From contig JALHMH010000001.1 in assembly GCA_022844165.1 (NCBI GenBank), forward strand, positions 64,001-128,000: DNA of 64,000 bases, given 5' to 3'. Shown piece after piece: positions 17,874 through 27,038 of this stretch (position 1 is its first letter; every line of letters begins with the position of its first letter). The position numbers and the translations under genes were made by a program. Under the pieces are notes generated by a model, which was not told where the DNA came from, searched no databases, and saw only the letters and a list, made by a program, of their open reading frames with translations. This DNA is from Lysobacterales bacterium (GTDB lineage Bacteria; Pseudomonadota; Gammaproteobacteria; Xanthomonadales; SZUA-5).

Positions 17874-19075
17874 GCACCTTTGCAGGCGTGGACGAGTTGG
17901 ATCCCGCGGGGCAAGTCTCCGTCGAACCCAGCGCTGGTTTTGTATTGACGCCGGCGGTTTCGCTGATTGCGGATCGCGCGCTGGCGTATCTGCGTGCCGG
18001 GTATCCCGTCCACCTCTGCGGCCCAACCGGCACCGGCAAGACCACGCTGGCATTTCATGTTGCCAGCAAGTTAGAGCGCCCAATCGTTCTGCTGCACGGC
18101 GATCATCAATTGACCAGCGCTGATTTGGTCGGTTCGCCCTCTGGCACGCGCACTTCGCGCGTGGTCGACAACTACATCCGGTCGGTTGTTCGCACCGAGG
18201 AGGAGCGGCGCGAGTTGTGGGTCGACAATCGGCTCACGACGGCATGCCGCTACGGGCACACGCTCATCTACGACGAATTTAATCGCACGACCGCGGAAGC
18301 CAATAACCCGCTGCTTAGCGTCTTTTCCGAAGGCATTCTGAATTTGCCGAAGGCCAGCGACGGGCGCGAAAGCTATCTGCGCGTGCATCCAAAGTTCGCA
18401 GCAATATTGACGTCGAATCCCGAAGAGTACGCTGGCGTGTTTCGCACCCCAGACGCCTTGCTGGATCGCGTCATTACCATCGTGCTCGACTATTACGACG
18501 GCGAAACCGAGACCAGTATCGTGGCAGCGCGTACTGGCGTCGATTTCGACTTCGCGCATCAGATTGTCGCGATGGTGCGTGGCTTGCGCAACGCCGGTAG
18601 CAGTGCACATCGCCCAACCATTCGCGCCGCCATCACCATCGCCAAAGTACTCAAACAGTCAGGGCTCCCCATTTCCAGCGAACCGGTCGTACGCTCGATT
18701 TTTGCCGATGTGCTCGGCGCCGATCCTTTCAAGATCTTGTTGAGCTCGACGGCACCCGGTTCTACCGGAGCGGCGGCCGATTCCCCGGCGTCGGACGAGT
18801 TCAAACCAGCCGATCAAGATTTTGATGCGGCGCCGTCAGTCGTGGTCGCCCCTGATGAGCCTGGTACAAGCGCGATGCGGGCGGAAGAAGCCCCCGACAG
18901 TCCGATACTGGAAGTGTCTGGCGCAACGATGCCAGCGGAGCTGGCGCGGGCCATGCCAGCCGAACCGCTGGATGAGCGCGAACAGAAGCGCGCGGCCCGG
19001 CAGAGAAAACGTGGCGGCCAGCCGGCAGCTGCCTGGTTGAATGCGTTCGACGAACGCAGCCCACAAACTTCCTGA
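17870..19075 (+). CDS. gvpN: Gas vesicle AAA+ ATPase GvpN
   Basis: GYPVHLCGPTGTGKTT, WVDNRLTTAC, YDEFNR, SNPEEYAGV, DALLDR. Confidence 0.97.
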   Translation: MSTFAGVDELDPAGQVSVEPSAGFVLTPAVSLIADRALAYLRAGYPVHLCGPTGTGKTTLAFHVASKLERPIVLLHGDHQLTSADLVGSPSGTRTSRVVDNYIRSVVRTEEERRELWVDNRLTTACRYGHTLIYDEFNRTTAEANNPLLSVFSEGILNLPKASDGRESYLRVHPKFAAILTSNPEEYAGVFRTPDALLDRVITIVLDYYDGETETSIVAARTGVDFDFAHQIVAMVRGLRNAGSSAHRPTIRAAITIAKVLKQSGLPISSEPVVRSIFADVLGADPFKILLSSTAPGSTGAAADSPASDEFKPADQDFDAAPSVVVAPDEPGTSAMRAEEAPDSPILEVSGATMPAELARAMPAEPLDEREQKRAARQRKRGGQPAAAWLNAFDERSPQTS

Positions 19076-19086
19076 GCGCCGAAGCG

Positions 19087-19383
19087 ATGGCCAACTTTAA
19101 ACGCGTCAAGTCCACCATACCGAGCCGCACCTGGAGCGGGCGCAAGGTCCAGGTCAGCAACCACGCGACGTACTTGAAGTTGAGCTTCTTGTCGCAAGAG
19201 CGACGGCGTCGTCAGGTAGAGTTGAACAATCTTTCGGCACGCATCGAGTTATTGAAGAAGCGCATGGTGACGATCGATCAGGAGATCGAAAAGCTAAGCG
19301 CTCAAATCGTCTCGCCGGCGCAGAGCCATGTCACAGAAGCCGATCCCGAACCGCAGCAGCGCGGTATATCGATCAAGTATTGA
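19087..19383 (+). CDS. Small coiled-coil gas vesicle accessory protein (GvpV-like)
   Basis: Directly after gvpN. YLKL..L..ERRR..EL coiled coil, ends ISIKY. Confidence 0.55.
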   Translation: MANFKRVKSTIPSRTWSGRKVQVSNHATYLKLSFLSQERRRRQVELNNLSARIELLKKRMVTIDQEIEKLSAQIVSPAQSHVTEADPEPQQRGISIKY

Positions 19384-19389
19384 GCAATC

Positions 19390-19662
19390 ATGAAAATGAG
19401 CAAGTCCCCCGTTCTGCAAATCCACGAGCAAATCAAGGGCAACCTGATCGAAATGCTCGGTGCTCGTGAATTCCGCGTCGTCGGCATGCAAAAGCTGGAT
19501 GCCGGTTGGTCGGCTGATGTCGAGGTGTACGTGCGCAATCCGCAACTGAGCATCTCGAACGACGCCGGTAGCAAGGATATGCTGACGCGCTGCCGCTACC
19601 GGGTAGACTTCGATGCGGATTTGCAGATGAGCGGCTTCACCGAGACTGAATTCGACTCATGA
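19390..19662 (+). CDS. GvpO/GvpR-like gas vesicle protein
   Basis: VVGMQKLDAGWSADVEV...YRVDFDADLQMSGF resembles the GvpO GWxxxVEV...YxVxLD pattern. Confidence 0.65.
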   Translation: MKMSKSPVLQIHEQIKGNLIEMLGAREFRVVGMQKLDAGWSADVEVYVRNPQLSISNDAGSKDMLTRCRYRVDFDADLQMSGFTETEFDS

Positions 19663-20390
19663 GCCTGCTCCTGTATGGCATTACCAAGGCCGAGGTTTCG
19701 CTCCCTGGCGAACTCGCTGGCGTATCCGATGCGCCGGTGAGACCGATAGTCGTCGGTCCCGTGTCGATGTGGGCTTCGGATTACGATGGTGTAGAAGTGT
19801 CTCCGCGGCGCAAAAATCTGGCCGGTTTCCAAGGGGTTGTGAACCATATTTCGGCGCAGCACGATATGTTGCCGGCTGCATTCGGCATGCTCGCCGCCGA
19901 TGAGGACGAAGTGACCGCACTGCTGAGCCGGCATCGTGCCGTGCTGCTTTCGGAGCTCGATCGCGTCGCCGGTGCTTGCGAGTACGCCTTCCGCTTACGC
20001 TTTGTCGGCGAAAATTTGTTCGCCGATTTTGTCGAGCGCTTCGCTGAAATCCGAGCGTTGCGCGATCGCGTGTTCGAGGGCGGCAAGGCACCAACGCAAA
20101 ATGAGCGCATCCAGCTCGGCCAGAGTTTCGAGAAGCGCCTGCAGAGCGAGCGTGCGCGCATTCTGGAGTTGATGGTCAAGTGCTTCGAACCCAGCATCCG
20201 AGAATGGATGGAATTGAACTTCGAAAACGAACAAGTGCTTTGCAACGTCGCGTTGCTGGTCGATCGTGGTCAGGTCGCCGCGCTCGATGCGGCAGTCGAA
20301 GGTTTCGCTGCACGGTTCGACGACTTCCATCTGGTGGAGCTGTTGGGCCCCTGGCCGCCTTACAGTTTCGCCGAACTGCGTTTGGATTAG
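19659..20390 (+). CDS. gvpF: GvpF/GvpL family gas vesicle protein
   Basis: LLYGI, MLPAAFG, NVALLVDR, GPWPPYSF. Confidence 0.92.
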   Translation: MSLLLYGITKAEVSLPGELAGVSDAPVRPIVVGPVSMWASDYDGVEVSPRRKNLAGFQGVVNHISAQHDMLPAAFGMLAADEDEVTALLSRHRAVLLSELDRVAGACEYAFRLRFVGENLFADFVERFAEIRALRDRVFEGGKAPTQNERIQLGQSFEKRLQSERARILELMVKCFEPSIREWMELNFENEQVLCNVALLVDRGQVAALDAAVEGFAARFDDFHLVELLGPWPPYSFAELRLD

Positions 20391-20394
20391 TGAG

Positions 20395-20604
20395 ATGTTT
20401 GGCACTGGCTTGTTGATGGGCGTGATGCGCGAGATCGACAAGGCCGTGCAGGGTGAACTCGATAGCGAGCAAGAGGGCATCTTACGGAAACTGCGCCAGT
20501 TGCACCGAGCGATCGAACTCAAAGAAATCGATGAAGATACGTTCGAGGAGCGGGAGACGCAGCTCCTGGAGCGGCTGGAAACCATCAAACGGATGCGGCG
20601 CTGA
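20395..20604 (+). CDS. gvpG: Gas vesicle protein GvpG
   Basis: EIDEDTFEERETQLLERL motif, directly after gvpF. Confidence 0.88.
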   Translation: MFGTGLLMGVMREIDKAVQGELDSEQEGILRKLRQLHRAIELKEIDEDTFEERETQLLERLETIKRMRR

Positions 20605-20625
20605 CCCAATGAGTCGTTCGAACTG

Positions 20626-20865
20626 ATGCAGCGCCATGACGCCAACGAGTTGTACCTTTCGGACCTGCTTGATCGTCTGCTGGACACCGGTGTCGTGCTG
20701 CGTGGGCACATCACGATCAGCGTTGCCGACATTGAGCTGGTGTACCTCGACATCAGTGTGGTGCTGGCGTCCGTCGAGCGCGCGTTGAAGTGGCAACACG
20801 CCGAATCGTTGGCAGATCGGCAGATACCTGGGGTGCGCAATGTCGATCGAACCGTCCTCCATTGA
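20626..20865 (+). CDS. GvpA/GvpJ-family protein (GvpS-like)
   Basis: LSDLLDRLLDTGVVLRGHITISVADIELVYL. Confidence 0.88.
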   Translation: MQRHDANELYLSDLLDRLLDTGVVLRGHITISVADIELVYLDISVVLASVERALKWQHAESLADRQIPGVRNVDRTVLH

Positions 20866-21157
20866 ACAGGGCCTGGCGGCCCTGCTGAGCCGCCAGAGCC
20901 GCGTCGACCTGGCCGACCCCGCCGCTGGCGTGAATGGCCTGGCGCAGCTGGTGCTTACGTTGATCAAGGTGATCCACGAGTTGCTCGAAAAACAAGCGCT
21001 GCGGCGCTTCGAGGCCGGTTCTTTGACCGATGAGGAAGCCGAAAAACTGGGCAGCGTGCTGATGGCGCAGGCCCGCGAACTGAAAGCCTTGTGCGTACAC
21101 TTCGGCCTCGACGAGCGCGACCTCACGCTCGATCTTGGCCCGCTGGGAAAACTCTAA
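20840..21157 (+). CDS. gvpK: Gas vesicle protein GvpK
   Basis: GLAQLVLTLI..LLEKQALRR.E.GSL...E.LG..LM...DL.LDLGPLGKL. Confidence 0.95.
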   Translation: MSIEPSSIEQGLAALLSRQSRVDLADPAAGVNGLAQLVLTLIKVIHELLEKQALRRFEAGSLTDEEAEKLGSVLMAQARELKALCVHFGLDERDLTLDLGPLGKL

Positions 21158-21165
21158 GGATGCAT

Positions 21166-21501
21166 ATGTCACGCGACGAGCCACGCAACATGGTGCACTC
21201 GACCCACAGCACCAATCTGGCCGATCTGCTGGAACGATTGCTCGACAAAGGCGTGGTGATCAGCGGCGATATTCGCATCAAGTTGGTGGATATCGAATTG
21301 TTGACGATCCAGATTCGTCTGGTGATCTGCTCGGTCGATCGTGCGGTGGAGATGGGCATGGACTGGTGGCGGCACAACCAGTATTTCCAGAAGGGTACCG
21401 ATGCCGATCCGGCGCAACTGGAACGCATCGCCGATCGCCTGGATTCGCTTGAACGCCGCCTCTCGGCGCTACCTGTTGAGGTCCCTGATCGCCATGAGTG
21501 A
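21166..21501 (+). CDS. gvpJ: Gas vesicle protein GvpJ
   Basis: NLADLLERLLDKGVVISGDI..IELLTIQIRLVICSVDRA.EMGMDWW. AAGGA RBS before ATG 21166. Confidence 0.9.
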   Translation: MSRDEPRNMVHSTHSTNLADLLERLLDKGVVISGDIRIKLVDIELLTIQIRLVICSVDRAVEMGMDWWRHNQYFQKGTDADPAQLERIADRLDSLERRLSALPVEVPDRHE

Positions 21502-21997
21502 CAAGAATCTTTTTGCCGATTTGCTTCGTGGTTTGGGTGGTGCGCTTGAAAGTCTGGGTGAGGCGATCAACAAACAAACCGACGGCAAGCCGCGTGTTGA
21601 AGTGAAGCGCAGCGTCAAAATGCGCTCGGCGGATGGCAGTAGCGGTAATCCGCTGGACGATCTAAAAGATCTTGCCAATCGGCTCAAAGAAAACACCAGC
21701 CCGCCGATACCAAGATCGCGAACCTTGAAACTTGAGGTGCACGAAGAAGATAACCAGGTATTCGTGGTCATCCAGCAGGCCGGTTTGCAAGCGGACAATT
21801 TGCAGATCGCGATCGACGGAGACATGCTTGAGTTGCGGGCAGAACAACCCGAAGGCCGTTACCATGGCGAGGCGCTGTTGCCTTGCGCCGTCAAGAAAAG
21901 TTCGCAAACGCTGACCGATCGTGCCGGACTGCTCGAGCTGCGCTGGCAGAAACTACGTCTCACGCGAACTCGCGCGGCACCGAAGCGCTCACCCTGA
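21494..21997 (+). CDS. Hsp20/alpha-crystallin-like protein (GvpH-like)
   Basis: EVHEEDNQVFVV...IAIDGDMLELRAE..RYHGEALLP...GLLELR alpha-crystallin pattern. Confidence 0.8.
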   Translation: MSDKNLFADLLRGLGGALESLGEAINKQTDGKPRVEVKRSVKMRSADGSSGNPLDDLKDLANRLKENTSPPIPRSRTLKLEVHEEDNQVFVVIQQAGLQADNLQIAIDGDMLELRAEQPEGRYHGEALLPCAVKKSSQTLTDRAGLLELRWQKLRLTRTRAAPKRSP

Positions 21998-21998
21998 T

Positions 21999-24071
21999 AT
22001 GGCCAATCCGACAACGACCCTGATCATCCGCGAGGCGCGCCCGCAGGATGTCGGAAGGCAAATCGCGCGCATCGATCCGGCCGATATTCAACGCCTTGGA
22101 CTTCAAGTCGGCGGATTCGCGACGCTGCAACAAGGCGCCCACAGCACGGTGCTGCGCGTCATGCCTGCCTTCCCCGGCGAGCGTGGCAAGCGACAGGTGC
22201 AGATCGACCCGGCAACCCGGCAATTGTTGCAGGCAAGTCTGGGTCAAGAAGCTCTGTTGACGACGGTGGAATGCCCGCCGGCCAAAGAAGTCTGGCTGCG
22301 CGTGGATGATGGCTTGCCATTGTCGAGCAGCGCACAGGACTTTCTCGCCGAGTGGGTAGACGGTCTTGCGCTCAATGTCGGTGCGCTGCTGAAGCCTGAG
22401 GTTGGCGGACAGATTCGGCGGATCGTGGTTGAGCGCCTGCGCCCGGACGGGCCGTGCGTGGCGCTGCCGGAGACGCAACTGAAAATTGAGGTTCCCCAGG
22501 CGCGTGCAGCGCGTAAAGAGGTCACGCTGTTCGACGACATTGGGGGCCTGGAACGGGAAATCGAGAGCCTGCGGCAAATCGTTGAGCTGCCACTGAAGTC
22601 GCCTCAGGTGTTTGCCAAACTCGGCATTGCAGCTCCCCGTGGCGTGCTGTTGTACGGGCCGCCAGGCACCGGGAAAACGCTGATCGCGCGCGCCGTTGCC
22701 AGTGAGAGCCGAGCGAATTTTATCGCCATCAGCGCGCCGGAAATCGTCCATAAATTTTATGGCGAAAGCGAGGCCAAACTGCGCGAGTTGTTCGATCGAG
22801 CCCGCAAGCAGGCACCGGCAATCGTGTTCATCGACGAGATCGACGCGATCGCCGCGCGTCGCGATCAGGTGCAGGGCGAAGTCGAGAAACGCATCGTTGC
22901 GCAGTTGTTGACGCTGCTCGATGGCCTCGATGGTCGCGGCCAGATCATTGTGATCGGTGCCACCAATTTGCCGCAGGTTCTCGACCCGGCTTTGCGCCGG
23001 CCGGGGCGTTTTGATCGCGAATTGCTGATCAGTTTGCCCAGCGAATCGGCGCGGCGCTCGATTCTGGGCGTGCATACCCGCGGTATGCCGCTGGCCGCGG
23101 ACGTCAACCTTGATGAGCTGAGCCGTGAAACGCGTGGTTACAGCGGCGCAGATCTCAAGGCGCTGTGCCAGGAAGCCGGCATGCGTGTCGCAACGGCCGC
23201 AGCACGAGAGCCGGCAACCGAATTGGTCCTGCGCCAGGCCAACTTCGAAGCGGCGCTGCTGGATGTCGTACCGACATCCATGCGACAAGTCGATATCGAA
23301 GTACCAAACACGCCGCTCGAAGCGATTGGTGGCTTGCAGGAGGCCAAGCGGCTGCTCTGCGAGAACATTCTTTGGCCGATCGAAACGCCAGAGTTGTATC
23401 GCCATTTCAAGGTCAATCCGGCACGTGGTCTTGTGCTTCACGGCCCGCCGGGCACCGGCAAGACCCTGCTGGCACGCGCGATTGCCAGCGCCGCCAAGGC
23501 GAATTTCCTGGCAGTCTCTGGCCCTTCGTTGTTGTCGCGTTATGTCGGCGACTCGGAGCGCGCCGTGCGCGAATTGTTCGCGCGTGCCCGCCAGGCCACG
23601 CCGTCGATCATTTTTTTCGATGAATTCGATTCACTTGCACCAGCACGAGGCCGCAACGGCAGCAGCGAAGTCAGCGAACGAGTCGTTGCGCAACTTCTCA
23701 CGGAAATCGACGGGCTGACGCCGCGAGCACCGGTATGGCTGCTTGCCGCCACCAATCGCGTGGATTTGATCGACCCGGCGCTGCTGCGCCCGGGCCGCTT
23801 CGACGCCCTGGTGCCGGTCACCCTGCCCAGCCGCGACGACTGTCTCGCGATCTTGCGTGTAGCGCTGCGCGATCGGCCGCTGCAAGCCAACCTTGATCTT
23901 GAGTCACTTGCACCGTTTTGTGTCGGCCTTAGCGGGGCAGAAATCGTCGCTCGCGTCGACGACGCTGCTCTGCGCGCCATTCGCCGGACGCGCGAATCGC
24001 CAGGTGTGGAGGCATGTCTGGAGGAGCAGGATTTGAGCGCGACTTTCGGGCGCACTCCCAAAGCCGACTGA
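21999..24071 (+). CDS. CDC48/VCP-type double AAA ATPase
   Basis: N-domain DVGRQIARID; two GPPGTGKT Walker A; FIDEID and FFDEFD Walker B; LRRPGRFD and LLRPGRFD. Confidence 0.93.
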   Translation: MANPTTTLIIREARPQDVGRQIARIDPADIQRLGLQVGGFATLQQGAHSTVLRVMPAFPGERGKRQVQIDPATRQLLQASLGQEALLTTVECPPAKEVWLRVDDGLPLSSSAQDFLAEWVDGLALNVGALLKPEVGGQIRRIVVERLRPDGPCVALPETQLKIEVPQARAARKEVTLFDDIGGLEREIESLRQIVELPLKSPQVFAKLGIAAPRGVLLYGPPGTGKTLIARAVASESRANFIAISAPEIVHKFYGESEAKLRELFDRARKQAPAIVFIDEIDAIAARRDQVQGEVEKRIVAQLLTLLDGLDGRGQIIVIGATNLPQVLDPALRRPGRFDRELLISLPSESARRSILGVHTRGMPLAADVNLDELSRETRGYSGADLKALCQEAGMRVATAAAREPATELVLRQANFEAALLDVVPTSMRQVDIEVPNTPLEAIGGLQEAKRLLCENILWPIETPELYRHFKVNPARGLVLHGPPGTGKTLLARAIASAAKANFLAVSGPSLLSRYVGDSERAVRELFARARQATPSIIFFDEFDSLAPARGRNGSSEVSERVVAQLLTEIDGLTPRAPVWLLAATNRVDLIDPALLRPGRFDALVPVTLPSRDDCLAILRVALRDRPLQANLDLESLAPFCVGLSGAEIVARVDDAALRAIRRTRESPGVEACLEEQDLSATFGRTPKAD

Positions 24072-24143
24072 TTGGCATCGTCTCGACGACGTATCAGAGC
24101 TTAGGTGCCGGCGGCGAGCCAGATCTGCTTGCCAAGTTGACTC

Positions 24144-24974
24144 TCAGTCCTTATTGCGCCCGTGGAACAGCTCGTCGATTTCGCGGCGCACCTGTGCTTC
24201 GATGCGTGCGCGATCCTTGAACGACAGTTCATTCTTCGTCGATTCGAACAGGTAGGTGTCGAGGTCGAACTCTTTCACGTGCATCTTGGTGTGGAAGATG
24301 TTTTCCTGGTACACGTTGACATCGAACATCTCGTAGCGGTTCTTGATCGGTCGCGACAAAAAGTCCTGGATCGAATTGATGCGGTGATCGATGTAATGCT
24401 TGCGGCCGCGCACGTCGCGCGTCGCGCCGCGCACGCGATAGTCCATGATCACGATGTCCGACTCGAAGCTGTCGATCAAGTAATTCAACGCCTTCAGCGG
24501 CGAAATAACGCCACATGTGGCAACGTCGATATCGGCACGGAAGGTACTGATGCCATTGAACGGATGGCTTTCAGGGTAGGTATGCACGGTGATGTGGCTC
24601 TTGTCCAGGTGCGCAACCACACTGGCCTCTGAGCCTTCCATCTCGTCGCTCTCGCGCATCGCATCTTTGAGCATCTCGCGGCCGACATCCGCGCGGTCGA
24701 TGACCGGCTGTTCGGAAATCAGAATCGTGACGCTCGCGCCTTGCGGATCGTAGTCTTGACGCGCAACATTCAAGATGTTTGCGCCGATGATGTCGGCGAC
24801 TTCCGTGAGGATTTCCGTCAATCGCTCGGCGTTGTACGCCTCGTCGATGTACTCGATGTAGCGGTTGCGCTGCTCCTCGGTGACCGCATAGCAGATGTCG
24901 TAAATGTTAAAGCTCAGCGCTTTGGTGAGATTGTTGAAACCCTGGAGTTTCAGGCGCGGCAACGGTTTGACCAT
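24144..24974 (-). CDS. speD: S-adenosylmethionine decarboxylase
   Basis: [31 protein letters not shown] (self-cleavage site), [11 protein letters not shown]. Confidence 0.97.
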   Translation of the reverse strand: MVKPLPRLKLQGFNNLTKALSFNIYDICYAVTEEQRNRYIEYIDEAYNAERLTEILTEVADIIGANILNVARQDYDPQGASVTILISEQPVIDRADVGREMLKDAMRESDEMEGSEASVVAHLDKSHITVHTYPESHPFNGISTFRADIDVATCGVISPLKALNYLIDSFESDIVIMDYRVRGATRDVRGRKHYIDHRINSIQDFLSRPIKNRYEMFDVNVYQENIFHTKMHVKEFDLDTYLFESTKNELSFKDRARIEAQVRREIDELFHGRNKD

Positions 24975-25203
24975 GGCTGGCTCTCTTAGTGGCAAGTGGG
25001 CGGCTCGTACCCGCCGATGACGGCGGAGTACGTGGCACGCGTATTCAGGCAAACGTGGGCTCGATGGGATCAGGCTCGCGTTGCGCAACCGGCGCCCGCT
25101 TCCTGCGCCTTTCGACGGGCGCGGATTATGTGCTAATCATGTTTACGTCGATAGCGCTTCTGGTTTTGCTATGTTTCGCACGGGTTCAGCCAAGGAACGC
25201 GCA

Positions 25204-25929
25204 ATGGCAACGGCAGCAATGAAAATCGAGAAGCCGATTCTGCGCTACTCGCTGCAAGCAAGTTTACGGAAGTTGGCGGCCAGCAAGCCGCTGGCGCCAG
25301 AGCCGGTTCACATCGAACGTTTTTTGCAGTTGTGCCATCGGCGTCGCTATCCGTCGAAGGCGCCAATCATTCGTCCGGGGGACGTCGCAAACACGCTGTA
25401 CTACATCATCGACGGGTCGCTGGCCGTGATGAGCGAGGACGAAGAGGGCCGCGAGCTGATTCTGGCGTACGTTAACGAGGGCGATTTCATCGGCGAGATG
25501 GGTTTGTTTATGGAGCCCGAGAAGCGCGAAGTGCTGGTGCGAACTCGAACGCCCTGTGAGCTGGCGGAGATCAGTTACGAGCGATTGTTCCAGTTGTTCG
25601 ACGGTCCGCTCAAAGAAGAGTGTCCGCGCATTTTGTTCTCGATTGCAGCTCAGCTTACGAAGCGCCTGCTCTTGACCTCACGTAAAGTGTCTCGGTTGGC
25701 CTTCATGGATGTCACCAGTCGCGTTGGGCGTACGCTCGTCGACTTGTGTGACGAGCCCGATGCCATGACGCACCCGAAAGGCACGCAAATCCGGATCTCC
25801 CGGCAGGAGATTTCGCGCATCGTCGGTTGTTCGCGAGAGATGGTTGGTCGCGTTCTCAAACAGTTGGAAGAAGACGGCAAGATCAGTGTCAGCGGCAAGA
25901 CCATTGTCGTTTTCGGAACGCGCGGATGA
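25204..25929 (+). CDS. clp: CRP-family global regulator (Clp)
   Basis: cNMP domain GDFIGEMGLF and HTH SRQEISRIVGCSREMVGRVLK. Divergent from speD, as in Xanthomonadales. Confidence 0.95.
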   Translation: MATAAMKIEKPILRYSLQASLRKLAASKPLAPEPVHIERFLQLCHRRRYPSKAPIIRPGDVANTLYYIIDGSLAVMSEDEEGRELILAYVNEGDFIGEMGLFMEPEKREVLVRTRTPCELAEISYERLFQLFDGPLKEECPRILFSIAAQLTKRLLLTSRKVSRLAFMDVTSRVGRTLVDLCDEPDAMTHPKGTQIRISRQEISRIVGCSREMVGRVLKQLEEDGKISVSGKTIVVFGTRG

Positions 25930-27032
25930 AGTGGGGCGCCGCAATCGCGCTGCTATTGCTCGTGGTGGTCGGCGTCTCGTTGTGGCGGATGGAAATGCCG
26001 GAGACCTTGGAGCCTGCGGGTCCGGCATCGCTGTCGGCGACCTCTACTGCAGAGCGTGCTGCCGGCGAGTCTGCGCCGGCTGAGCAACCCTCGTCTCTGC
26101 AATCCGTGGTCAGCATCGACTCGCAACCTGCCGGTCATTCGAACGCATTGATGCAGCCCGGCGCATCGCCACCGCCGCCTTTGGGTATCGCGCTTAAAGA
26201 CAGCATTGAGGCGCTTGTTGATCGTATGCGTGCAGGCGACCGTGACGCGACCACGCGGCTGTTGAGCGAATTGACCGATTGTCTTGGTTATCGCAACGCC
26301 AATCGCCAGGTTGATATGGCTCTCGCCATGGAGGAGATGAGTCGCGAGCGGCGTCGTGGCGTTGAGTTCTTGCAGCAAATGATGAATCGAGCCGCCGATA
26401 CGATCGCCGAACTCGACGCACAGTGCCAGGATTTGCCGGACGATTACGACGGTGCGCTGTTGTTCGAAGTGCAGCGTCGGGCCGCGGAGATGGGTGATCT
26501 GGCGGGGCAGCTGGCTTTTCTTGTTGCTCCATCGCTCGATTTGAATCGTGGCATCGAACAACGCGAGCGACTGGAGGTTTTTGCGGAACTTGCGCCGCAC
26601 ATCGCTCAGCGCGCGCTTGAACACGCCAGTGGCCAGGCCGCATTTGCGCTGATGAGTGGTTACGACAACCAACCTGAGCTGTGGCGCAATCGGCGTGGCG
26701 CCCAGAATCGCCCGGAAAACGCTGCGATGCAGCGGGCATTCGCGGCCAGCATGCCCAAGAGTCCGTTGCAGCAGGCGTTGGGCAGCGATGACGCCAGAGC
26801 TTATCAGTACGCGCTGCTGTGCAAACGCGTTTGCAATTTCGTCGATGTCGATATCGCGACGACGACCGCTGCGCGCCTGGAAGGCGGCTTGAGCAGCGAT
26901 GCGCGCACGCTGGCGCGCAACAATGCCGATGAACTATTCGACCGCTATTTCGCAGCGAAACCCAGACCCGACGATATCGATCTGCAAGCGCTGCGCATGG
27001 CGACGTCCGGATTCATCTTTCGACCCAGGTAG
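25926..27032 (+). CDS. Hypothetical membrane-anchored helical protein
   Basis: N-terminal hydrophobic segment, ATGA overlap with clp. Confidence 0.65.
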   Translation: MKWGAAIALLLLVVVGVSLWRMEMPETLEPAGPASLSATSTAERAAGESAPAEQPSSLQSVVSIDSQPAGHSNALMQPGASPPPPLGIALKDSIEALVDRMRAGDRDATTRLLSELTDCLGYRNANRQVDMALAMEEMSRERRRGVEFLQQMMNRAADTIAELDAQCQDLPDDYDGALLFEVQRRAAEMGDLAGQLAFLVAPSLDLNRGIEQRERLEVFAELAPHIAQRALEHASGQAAFALMSGYDNQPELWRNRRGAQNRPENAAMQRAFAASMPKSPLQQALGSDDARAYQYALLCKRVCNFVDVDIATTTAARLEGGLSSDARTLARNNADELFDRYFAAKPRPDDIDLQALRMATSGFIFRPR

Positions 27033-27038
27033 ATGGGG

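Noticed and set aside
21960-23441. 493-aa antisense ORF over the CDC48 ATPase (and similar long shadow ORFs at 41437-43113, 54734-55747, 57756-59345)
   Set aside because: These are antisense shadows of well-supported genes in GC-rich DNA, with no recognisable motifs.
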